NCBI GenBank assembly: GCA_036262915.1
Contig: DATAHZ010000797.1
Span: 1-40,640, forward strand
DNA: 40,640 bases
Direction of reading: 5' to 3'
From: Kofleriaceae bacterium
Lineage (GTDB): Bacteria; Myxococcota_A; Polyangia; Haliangiales; Haliangiaceae
A program made the position numbers and the translations under genes. Positions 26,604 through 34,544 of the stretch are shown here, piece by piece. The first letter of the stretch is position 1. Each line of letters opens with the position of its first letter. The notes beneath the pieces are model-generated. The model had not been told where the DNA came from. It was given only the letters and a program-made list of their open reading frames with translations, and searched no databases.

Positions 26604-27826
26604 TCGAGCGCGATGGATCGAGCGCGGGGGAGGGGCCCCGGGCCACCCTGGCGCGAGGAAATCCCGGTGGGATGACCGAGCGCGATGGATCGAGCGCGGG
26701 GGCGCTGGGACCGGGGGCGACGATCGGGGTGCTCGGCGGTGGCCAGCTCGGCCGGATGATGGCGGTCGTCGCCCGCCAGATGGGCTATCGCATCCTCGTG
26801 CTCGACCCGAGCCCACGGTGCCCGACGGCACAAGTGTCCGATGGTGTTGTCGTAGGTACGCTCGACGATGTCGAGGCGGCGAAACACCTTGCGAGCCAGG
26901 TCGACGTGATCACCCTCGACACCGAGCACGTACCGGCCGACGTGCTGGACGTGCTCGAGACGATCGCGCCGGTGCGCCCGAGCGCGCAGGTCTTGCGCAT
27001 CGTCCAGGATCGGCTGGTGCAGAAGCAGTTCCTCGATCAGCTGGGCCTACCGCAGGCGGCGTGGGCGCCGGTCGACGATGTGCACGCGGCGCTCGCGAAG
27101 GTCGGGCGACCGGCGATCCTGAAGGTGCGCCGTGCCGGCTACGACGGCAAGGGGCAGGTGCGGATCGGCCGCGACGACGACCCCGGCGTGCTGGTCGGCA
27201 AGCTGCGCGGCGAGCCGGCGGTCGCCGAGGAGGTCGTCCCGTTCGCCCGCGAGATCTCGGTGATCCTGGCACGCGGGCTGGATGGTCAGATCCAGATCTA
27301 TCCGATCGCCGAGAACGTGCACCGCCACCATATCCTGCACACGACGCGGGCTCCGGCGCCGATGCCGGAGCCCCGGCGCCGGGAGGCCGAGGCGATCGCG
27401 GTGACGGTCGCCGAAGCGCTCGGCCACGTCGGGGTGATGGCGGTCGAGCTGTTCGAGCTCGCCGATGGCCGCCTGCTGGTCAACGAGATCGCCCCGCGCA
27501 CCCACAACAGCGGCCACTACACCTATGGTGCCTGTGCAACGTCGCAGTTCGAGCAGCATATCCGGGCGATCTGTGGGGTGCCGCTCGGTGATCCACGGCT
27601 CCTGACCGGTGCGGTGATGGTGAACCTGATAGGTGATCTCTGGAGCCAGGGGCCGCCTGTCTGGCACGAGGTCCTGGCCCGACCCGAGGCGCGGCTTCAC
27701 CTGTACGGCAAGGATTTTCCGGCGCCGGGCCGCAAGATGGGGCACGTCGTCCTCCTCGATGAGGATACCGAGCGCGCGCTCGCAACGGCGGAGTCGCTGA
27801 TCGCGACGCTGTGGACGCGCTCATGA
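26600..27826 (+). CDS. purK: N5-carboxyaminoimidazole ribonucleotide synthase (ATP-grasp)
   Basis: [13 protein letters not shown]..., ATP-grasp core ([29 protein letters not shown]) and the C-terminal LHLYGK....GRKMGHV. ATG 26600 overlaps the purE stop (ATGA). An in-frame alternative ATG at 26672 follows a 31-nt duplicated segment. Confidence 0.9.
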   Translation: MIERDGSSAGEGPRATLARGNPGGMTERDGSSAGALGPGATIGVLGGGQLGRMMAVVARQMGYRILVLDPSPRCPTAQVSDGVVVGTLDDVEAAKHLASQVDVITLDTEHVPADVLDVLETIAPVRPSAQVLRIVQDRLVQKQFLDQLGLPQAAWAPVDDVHAALAKVGRPAILKVRRAGYDGKGQVRIGRDDDPGVLVGKLRGEPAVAEEVVPFAREISVILARGLDGQIQIYPIAENVHRHHILHTTRAPAPMPEPRRREAEAIAVTVAEALGHVGVMAVELFELADGRLLVNEIAPRTHNSGHYTYGACATSQFEQHIRAICGVPLGDPRLLTGAVMVNLIGDLWSQGPPVWHEVLARPEARLHLYGKDFPAPGRKMGHVVLLDEDTERALATAESLIATLWTRS

Positions 27827-27845
27827 TACGTTCGTGGTCTCGGGA

Positions 27846-30800
27846 ATGGCGACCTTGGTGTATTCCGATGTCGACGGCGTCGATCGGTCGTTTGCGTTAG
27901 GGGCCGAGCCGATCATGGTCGGGCGGGCCGCGGAGTGCGCGATCCGCAGCGCTGACCCCCGGGTCTCGCGCGTGCATGCGCGGTTCTTCCTCGAGCAGGG
28001 GGCGCTGTGGGTCGAGGATCTCGGTAGCGCCAACGGGATCTTCGTGGGGCCCAACAAGGTCCAGCGTGCCCCGGTGCCGACCGGCGAGATCATCCTGGTC
28101 GGTAGCCTCTTGATCCGGCTCCTGCCGGCGAGCGGGACGATGCCGCCGCCGAGCGGTCTGCACGGAACGCTGGCGTCGTGGCTCGACACCGAGCGCAAGA
28201 CCCGGGCGGCGGTGGAAGAGGAGCGCGACGCGTTCGCCCGCCGGGTCGGCGAGATCCATTACCAGCTGAAGACCGTGATGTCGGCGCGCACGATGGATCC
28301 CGACGCGCCCGAGCTCCTGCGCCAGCGCGATGAGGCCAATGCGCGGGCGGTGGCACGCGAGCGCGCGCTCGCCGATGCCCAGGACGAGCTCGCGCTGGCG
28401 GGCCACAAGATCGAAGAGCTCCGGGCCGAGCTCGCCGAGCGGGCCGACTGGCCATCCAGCGATACCCGCGAGACGGCGCCGAAGATCACCACCGAGATCG
28501 CGCGGCTCCAGGGCGAGCTCGAGGAGGTGGAGCGTGCGCGGTCGATCGCGGAGCACGCGCAGGGCGAGGCGATGCGCGAGGCCCAGGTCATGCGCGACGA
28601 GCTGGTCGCCGTCAAGAAGGCCAGCACGGCCGAGCTCGAGGCGGTTCGCGTCGAGCTCGCCAAGGCGCGCGAGTCGCGGATGGTCGCCGAGACCGATGCG
28701 GGGGTCGCGGCTGCCGAGAAGCTCGCTCTTGCCGATCGGACGATCGCGGCGCTGACCCGCGAGGTCGCCGAGCTCCGCGCGCTGCGCGACAAGGAGAAGA
28801 CCGGTGAGAAGGCCGGTCCCGATGCACGGGGGAAGGAGCTGATCGAGCGGGTCGCGGCGCTCACCGGTCGGGCCGAGAAGGCCGAGAAGGACCTCGCGTC
28901 GGCGCAGCTTCGCGCGCAAGGCAGCGAGCGCAACCTGTCGGGGGCGAACGCGGTGGCGGCGAAGGCCGAGGCGCGCGCCGCGCAGTTCGAGCAGAAGGTG
29001 AACGAGGCGGAGGATCGGATCAGGACCGCGGAGACCGCGCTTGGCAAGGCGCAGGAGCAGATCGCGGCGCTCGAGGCACGCGCCGGGGCCGGCGATGCAC
29101 CGCACAAGGCTGCGGAGGCCCGCGCGGCCAAGCTCGCGGCCGAACTCGCCGAGATGACGAGCCAGTTCGAGACCCGGCGCGACCGCCTGATCGAGCTCGA
29201 GGCCAGGGTGGCCGCCGCGCCGGCGGCGCAGTCCAGCGGCAAGGACGCCGAGGCGCGCTCGGCGGCGGCGAGCGCCGCCGTCGCCGAGCAGGTACAAAAG
29301 CTTGCCGAGGCCGAAAAGCGCATCGCGGTCTTGCAGCGCCGGCTCGACGAGGTCGCCAGGGCCGATGCGGCGATCTCGGGCGCAGCCAGGCTCCGCGATG
29401 ACGCCGCCGCCCGGGCGGCTGCCGCCGAGCAGCAGGCGCGCGACGCCGAGCGCCGAACCGAGGATGCCGAGAAGCGGGCGAGCGCCGCCGACACGATGGC
29501 CAAGGCGATGGCGAAGGATGTCGCCGAGGCGCTGCGCCGCGCCGCCGAGGCCGACAGCCGGGCCCGCGGGGTCAGCCGCGATCTCGCCGACGCGCTCCGC
29601 CGTGCGGAACAGGCCGAGGCGCAGACCAGCGCCGGCGCGGCATCGGCGCGCGAGCTCTTGGCGCGCGCAGCCACGGCCGAGGCCCGGGTCGCCGAACTCG
29701 AGCAGGAGCTCGCCGCGACCGTCGAGCGCGCCGCCACGGAGCTCAGCGCCGAGCTCGAGCTGATCCGGGAGGAGCTTGGCCAGAAGCTCGCCCAGGCGGT
29801 TCGCGAGCTCGCGGCCGAGCGCTCGACCTCGCTGGCCCTGGTCGATCGCAAGACCCAGCTCGAGCGCGAGCTCGCCGACGCGCGTGGCCAGCTGGCCGTC
29901 CTCGCACAGCGCGCCGAGGCGGCGGAGCACAAGGCGGCCGAGGCGGACGCTCAGCTCGAGGCGCTGCAAGACAAGCTCGAGGATCTCGAGAGCGGGCTCG
30001 CCGTGGCCGAGACCGTGGGCAAGGCCACGCTCGGCGAAGTCCGCGAGGCCTTGCGCGCCGAAACGGCCGCCGCCGCCGAGGCGCGCAGCGCGCGGGACAA
30101 GGCGAACGAGGTCGTCACGCAGCTGCAGGGGCGGCTCGCCGAGCTCGAGGACCGGCTGCGCGACGCCGATCGCGCGTTCGCCACTGCCGAGACCGCGCTG
30201 GGTGAGGCCCGGCAACGGATCGCCGAGCTCGAGCATGCCGCCAGCGAGCGCGCCGGGTTGTCGGAGGCCGAGCGCGCGCAGCTGGCGGACGCGCTCGCCC
30301 GGGCCGAGGACGCGGAGCGCAAGCTGTCCGCGCTGGCGGCGACGTCCGAGACCGCCGATCTGGCGATCGGTCGCGCGGGCGCCTTGCAGCGCCAGCTCGA
30401 CGAGGCACTGTCTCGCCTCGCGTGGCTCGAGCGCCAGCAAGCTGCGCTGGGACACGAGGTACGCCCGCCGTCCGAGCCGCCCGACGAGGACACGCCGGCA
30501 CGTATCGCCGCGGCCGAGGCCCGCGCGCGCGAAGCGGAAGACCGTGCGCGCGAGGCGGAGGACCGCGTGCACGACGCCCTGGCGCGGCTGGCCGACGCCG
30601 AGCACCGTGCCGAGCTTGCGGGGGCAGCGGAGGGCCAGGCGCACGACGCCCTGGCGCGGCTGGCCGACGCCCTGGCGCGGCTGGCCGACGCCGAACACCG
30701 TGCCGAGCTTGCGGGGGCAGCGGAGGGCCGGGCGCACGACGCCCTGGCGCAGCTGGCCGACGCCGAGCATCGCGCCGAGGCCGCGCGGGCGCGCGGCGAT

Positions 30801-31652
30801 GAGCTCGCGGCCGCGCTCGCCGAGCTCGAGCAGCGTGCTGCCCATGCCGAGGAGATCAGCCGCGCGAGCGCCGACGCCGAGCGCCGGATCGTGGCCGCCG
30901 AGCAGCGGGCGAGCGCCGCCGAGCAACGCGGCCAATCCGCCGATCAGCGCGCGCAGGCTGCCGAGGGCAACGCCCAGGCGCTGGTGCGGCAGATCACCGA
31001 GATGCAAGCCACGATCGTGGCGCTCGAGCGCGAGGTCGCGACCGCCGACAACGTGCGGTCGTTCGCGGCCGAGACCGAGCGCGAGATCGCGCAATTCCAG
31101 CGCGAGCTGCGCGAGACCCGCGCGAAGCTGGCGCAGATGACGCTCGAACGCGATCGGCTCGAATCCGAGGTTCGCGATGCGCGCGGCGACGGCGACATCA
31201 CGAACCCGCACGCCGCGTTCAAGACGAGCTTCGATCCCGAGGTCACCACGCAGGCCGATGCGGTGAAGTACGAGTCGTTGATCGCCAAGAGCAGCGAGCT
31301 CGAGCAGAAATTGCAGCGCCTCGAGCGAGAAGATGCCGAGCTGCGCCGCCAGCTCGCCGACGCCGAGGCCCGGCTCCGGATCGCCGCGATCGATCTCGCA
31401 GACGAGGACGACGACAAGACCCGGACCGGCAACCACCTGCCGATCGCCGAGCTCGCCGAGCACGTCACCACGCTCGAGGAGTCGATCAACTCGCTGCGCG
31501 CGAACATGCGGGCCGCCAGCGACGAGACCGCGATGATGGATCCGTCGGAGTCGGTCAGCACGATCTCCAGCGCGGTCAGCGAGGCCGCCGAGCACGTCGA
31601 GGTGGCGCGCACGGCGATCCGCGCGCTCGCGGCGTCGATCGGGATCAGCTAA
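27846..31652 (+). CDS. Giant FHA-domain protein with a coiled coil of about 1150 aa (Ala/Glu/Arg-rich)
   Basis: ATG 27846 gives MATLVYSD.... FHA signature: IMVGRAAECAIRSADPRVSRVHARFFLEQGALWVEDLGSANGIFVG. The remainder shows heptad-like A/E/R/L repeats through to the C-terminus. Confidence 0.85.
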   Translation: MATLVYSDVDGVDRSFALGAEPIMVGRAAECAIRSADPRVSRVHARFFLEQGALWVEDLGSANGIFVGPNKVQRAPVPTGEIILVGSLLIRLLPASGTMPPPSGLHGTLASWLDTERKTRAAVEEERDAFARRVGEIHYQLKTVMSARTMDPDAPELLRQRDEANARAVARERALADAQDELALAGHKIEELRAELAERADWPSSDTRETAPKITTEIARLQGELEEVERARSIAEHAQGEAMREAQVMRDELVAVKKASTAELEAVRVELAKARESRMVAETDAGVAAAEKLALADRTIAALTREVAELRALRDKEKTGEKAGPDARGKELIERVAALTGRAEKAEKDLASAQLRAQGSERNLSGANAVAAKAEARAAQFEQKVNEAEDRIRTAETALGKAQEQIAALEARAGAGDAPHKAAEARAAKLAAELAEMTSQFETRRDRLIELEARVAAAPAAQSSGKDAEARSAAASAAVAEQVQKLAEAEKRIAVLQRRLDEVARADAAISGAARLRDDAAARAAAAEQQARDAERRTEDAEKRASAADTMAKAMAKDVAEALRRAAEADSRARGVSRDLADALRRAEQAEAQTSAGAASARELLARAATAEARVAELEQELAATVERAATELSAELELIREELGQKLAQAVRELAAERSTSLALVDRKTQLERELADARGQLAVLAQRAEAAEHKAAEADAQLEALQDKLEDLESGLAVAETVGKATLGEVREALRAETAAAAEARSARDKANEVVTQLQGRLAELEDRLRDADRAFATAETALGEARQRIAELEHAASERAGLSEAERAQLADALARAEDAERKLSALAATSETADLAIGRAGALQRQLDEALSRLAWLERQQAALGHEVRPPSEPPDEDTPARIAAAEARAREAEDRAREAEDRVHDALARLADAEHRAELAGAAEGQAHDALARLADALARLADAEHRAELAGAAEGRAHDALAQLADAEHRAEAARARGDELAAALAELEQRAAHAEEISRASADAERRIVAAEQRASAAEQRGQSADQRAQAAEGNAQALVRQITEMQATIVALEREVATADNVRSFAAETEREIAQFQRELRETRAKLAQMTLERDRLESEVRDARGDGDITNPHAAFKTSFDPEVTTQADAVKYESLIAKSSELEQKLQRLEREDAELRRQLADAEARLRIAAIDLADEDDDKTRTGNHLPIAELAEHVTTLEESINSLRANMRAASDETAMMDPSESVSTISSAVSEAAEHVEVARTAIRALAASIGIS
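30570..30785 (+). repeat. In-frame tandem repeat (72-nt unit, about 2.7 copies; copy 2 carries an extra 21-nt internal duplication)
   Basis: cacgacgccctggcgcggctggccgacgccgagcaccgtgccgagcttgcgggggcagcggagggccaggcg recurs at 30570, 30642 and 30735. It encodes HDALARLADAEHRAELAGAAEGQA. ALARLAD is duplicated in copy 2. Confidence 0.85.
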
Positions 31653-31728
31653 CCGGGGGGATGCCCAGCGCCGCTGTTCGAGGGACCAGCGCTGTCATCG
31701 CGGCCGCGGAGATGAAGAGCACGAAGCC

Positions 31729-32007
31729 TCACAAGCCTCGAAGATACCGCCGTACCTCGTCGTGATCGGCTGCCCGTACCAGCGTCAGCACGCGATCGGC
31801 GAACGTGAAGACCAGGCGCAATCCCAGGCCTACCCGCGCTTCCCAGATGCCCGTTCGATGAATCTTGCGCAGCCCGAGCCCGGCGTGGAGGTGCGGGCTC
31901 CCCAGCGCCTGGGGGAGTGAGAGCAGCGCTTCGAACACAGCGGCGCGGTCTTCGCTGGAGAGCGCCCGCACATCGCTCTGGAAATGTTCGGTCAGCGCGA
32001 TCTTCAT
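31729..32007 (-). CDS. Type II toxin, RelE/ParE superfamily
   Basis: This is the real part of ORF 31729..32169(-). ATG 32007 gives MKIALTEHFQSDVRALSSEDRAAVFEALLSL...GIWEARVGLGLRLVFTFADRVLTLVRAADHDEVRRYL (92 aa). The ATG overlaps the antitoxin stop (ATGA). Confidence 0.7.
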   Translation of the reverse strand: MKIALTEHFQSDVRALSSEDRAAVFEALLSLPQALGSPHLHAGLGLRKIHRTGIWEARVGLGLRLVFTFADRVLTLVRAADHDEVRRYLRGL

Positions 32008-32348
32008 GGCGAAGATGACGCGCGCCGTGTTCGGACGCGCGGCCTGCGCACGGAGCGATCCTTGCTTGCCCGCGATGTCCCTGCTTTGCGGAGGGTTGCA
32101 ACCGCCTTCTCCATCGAATCGACCTCGAGCGTCTTGCCGGCGGCCCGCTCGGCTGCGAGCGCCCTCCAAAGCCTCGCTGCCTGCTCGTCATTGAGCCGCG
32201 AGGCTATGTAGAGATCCTCCTCGGTGAGCGGAACAATCGCGGCGACGTGCTTGGAGCCGCGCATGAGGACGATATCTTCGCCCCCCATGGCTGCCTCCAC
32301 CAGCTCGTTGAGGCGCGCCTTGGCTTCCTTGATCGTCATCGCTCGCAT
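32004..32348 (-). CDS. Type II antitoxin, Phd/YefM-like N-terminus
   Basis: MRAMTIKEAKARLNELVEAAMGGEDIVLMRGSKHVAAIVPL is a typical Phd/YefM opening. The C-terminal tail is basic. The gene sits immediately upstream of the toxin and overlaps it. Confidence 0.7.
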   Translation of the reverse strand: MRAMTIKEAKARLNELVEAAMGGEDIVLMRGSKHVAAIVPLTEEDLYIASRLNDEQAARLWRALAAERAAGKTLEVDSMEKAVATLRKAGTSRASKDRSVRRPRVRTRRASSSP

Positions 32349-32349
32349 G

Positions 32350-32383
32350 GCCCAATGGTGACCTTGGTGGGAGGCTTTGTCAA
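32350..32383 (-). promoter_or_regulatory. Candidate promoter and operator of the TA operon, possibly giving a leaderless transcript
   Basis: On the minus strand, TTGACA (32383-32378) is followed by a 17-nt spacer and then CACCAT (32360-32355). The ATG at 32348 lies 6 nt downstream of the -10. An imperfect palindrome, CCAATGG TGA CCTTGG (about 32352-32367), overlaps the -10. Confidence 0.35.
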
Positions 32384-32556
32384 AAGTCTCTACAAGGAGT
32401 CCCCATCGCGTACACTCCGCGAGCCTCCGCTTCGTACTCCGCCCAGCCCGGGAACATCACCGCACTCGAGAACCAGTCGATCGTCCACGCCGACATCGGC
32501 GCCGCACGGTCCTCTTCGGACGCGACATCGCCGTAACGGCGCCCCCTAGCAGCGGG

Positions 32557-34527
32557 TCATGGGAGCACCGGGAGCATCGCGACGGTCTGGACGATCGCCG
32601 AGCGGAACGAGAGGACGAGCGTGATCAGGTGCTCGGTGGCCGCGGCCACGGTCGGATCGAGAGCGCCGAGGTTCGTGATCGCTGCGAGCGCCGCGGCCTT
32701 CATGGCGGCCATCACGCCGACCGGCGCATGAACCTGGCCGAAGCTGGCGAGCACGTCGTGCAGCGTCGGGGCTGGCGGGTAGATCTCGAGGTCCACGTTG
32801 GGGTCGATCTTCGCGAGCTTCTGCGCCTCGGCCAGGGCGGCGTCGAGCCCGCCGATCTCGTCCACCAGCCCGAGCTCCCTGGCCTGCTCGCCGGTCCACA
32901 CGCGGCCCTCGGCAATCTTCCGGATGGCTTCGGGCGTCTTGTGGCGGCCGTCCGCCACGCGACCGACGAACACCCGGTAGACCGCCTCCATCGAGCTCCG
33001 CACCGCGGCGCGCTCGTCATCGGTCCATGGTCCCAGGTTCGCCATCATCGTCGCCCGCTTGCCGCGGCCCATCGGGAACGTGTGGACGCCGATCCTGGCG
33101 AGCGCCTCGCGCGGTGCGAGCTTGCCGCCGACCACGCCGATCGATCCGGTCAGCGTATCGTCGAGCGCGAAGATCTTGGTCGCGCCGCTCGCGATGTAGT
33201 ATCCGCCGCTCGCCGCGACGTCGCTCATCGAGACGATCACCGGCTTTTGCGCCCGTAGCTCGGCGACCGCGCGCCAGATCAGCTCGGATGCCTGGGCGCT
33301 GCCGCCGCCGGAGTCGATCCGGAGCACGACTGCCTTCACGGTGTCATCGGCGGCGATCGCGCGCAGCGCCGGGACCAGCGTGTGCGCCGCGATCTGCTGG
33401 CGCGCGCCGAGCACGCCGTCGTCGCTGCCATCGACGATGTCGCCGATCGCGTAGACCACCGCGAGATGGTTGCCGGCGGGTTTCTCGGGCGGGAGCGCCC
33501 CGAGGAAGCGCGACAGCTTCATCATCATGGCCAGCCGGTCGGCCCTGTCGGACTCGAGCTCGAGCTTTTGCCACGGTGCTCCGTTTCGCACGGCGTCGCG
33601 GAACGCCTCGAACGAGTCGACGTCGTCGACGAGCTTTTCGGCCCTGGCTTGCTCCGACGGGAACAGCGCGGTGTCGATCAAGCCGGTGACCGTCGCGGGC
33701 GGAAGCTTGCGGTCACGGGCGATCACGTCGGCCATCGTCCGGTAGCGGCGATCGAGGATGGCGCCGAGGGTCTCCTCCATCTCCTTGGACGGTGCATCGC
33801 GAGTCAAGGGCTCCGCGGCCCCCTTGTACGCCCCGATGTGGAGGAAGTCGGCCTGGATGCCGAGCCTGTCGAGCAGCGACTTGATGTGGATCGGCATCGC
33901 GGTGGGGCCCCCGATCGAGAGCTCTCCGAGCGGCGCAAGTCCAATGCGGTCGCACGCCGCGAGCACGAGGTAGGCCGCGTTGTGCGCGTTCTCGGCATGA
34001 CATGCGACGACCTTGCCGGCCTTCTGGACCTCGTGGATCGCCGCGCGTAGCTCGATGAGATCCGGCATGCTGATCGTGAGCTCATCGACGCGCACGACCA
34101 TGCCGGTCAGCTTGTCGTCGCGTGCGAGCTCGCGCAGGCGCAGGGCCAGCGCGCGCAACTCGAGACCGCGGCCGCCGGTGAACGACAGCGCCTTCTGCTC
34201 GACGACCTCACCGCCCAGCGTGAGCACGCCCCAGTGCGGCTTGGTGCTGTCGAAGTCGCTCGACCTGTCGGGTGCTTCGTAGGGCCCCGGCTTGGTGATG
34301 TTCTCCGCGATCCCCGCGAGCATGCCCTGGAGATCGAACCCACCGCTATCGCGCTTGTCGCCGCTCTGGCCGCTCTGGCCGCTCCGGGGCTTACCCGACG
34401 GACCCGACCACGGATCATTTCCGGCTGCGCCGCTGGTCGCGTGATTCGCCGCGCGATCAAGTGGGGATGCGTGATCGGCACAGGACGCGATCCACAGCGC
34501 GCAACACACGAATCGGGCACGCAGCAT
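32557..34527 (-). CDS. sppA: Signal peptide peptidase SppA, 67K type (two S49 domains), probable lipoprotein
   Basis: [16 protein letters not shown] has a lipobox. There are two ClpP/crotonase-like S49 halves. The second has [18 protein letters not shown] and the first has [16 protein letters not shown]. The protein is 656 aa. Confidence 0.85.
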   Translation of the reverse strand: MLRARFVCCALWIASCADHASPLDRAANHATSGAAGNDPWSGPSGKPRSGQSGQSGDKRDSGGFDLQGMLAGIAENITKPGPYEAPDRSSDFDSTKPHWGVLTLGGEVVEQKALSFTGGRGLELRALALRLRELARDDKLTGMVVRVDELTISMPDLIELRAAIHEVQKAGKVVACHAENAHNAAYLVLAACDRIGLAPLGELSIGGPTAMPIHIKSLLDRLGIQADFLHIGAYKGAAEPLTRDAPSKEMEETLGAILDRRYRTMADVIARDRKLPPATVTGLIDTALFPSEQARAEKLVDDVDSFEAFRDAVRNGAPWQKLELESDRADRLAMMMKLSRFLGALPPEKPAGNHLAVVYAIGDIVDGSDDGVLGARQQIAAHTLVPALRAIAADDTVKAVVLRIDSGGGSAQASELIWRAVAELRAQKPVIVSMSDVAASGGYYIASGATKIFALDDTLTGSIGVVGGKLAPREALARIGVHTFPMGRGKRATMMANLGPWTDDERAAVRSSMEAVYRVFVGRVADGRHKTPEAIRKIAEGRVWTGEQARELGLVDEIGGLDAALAEAQKLAKIDPNVDLEIYPPAPTLHDVLASFGQVHAPVGVMAAMKAAALAAITNLGALDPTVAAATEHLITLVLSFRSAIVQTVAMLPVLP

Positions 34528-34544
34528 GCTCGTTCATAGCACGG

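Noticed and set aside
25721-26929. Minus-strand ORFs of 402 and 348 aa across purE and the purK 5' end; also the long 5' extensions of ORFs 24739..26124 and 26093..27826
   Set aside because: purE, purK and tsaC are unmistakable on the plus strand. The extensions overlap sixA, tsaC or purE in other frames and have nonsense-like composition.
27897-31595. 1232-aa ORF antisense to the FHA coiled-coil gene, plus further long ORFs in other frames (28259-29932, 29776-31140)
   Set aside because: The translations are Arg/Gly/Leu/Pro-rich and low in complexity, with no motifs. Such shadow ORFs are expected opposite GC-rich GAG/GCC/CGC-type codon runs. The plus-strand frame has a canonical FHA domain and coherent heptad composition.
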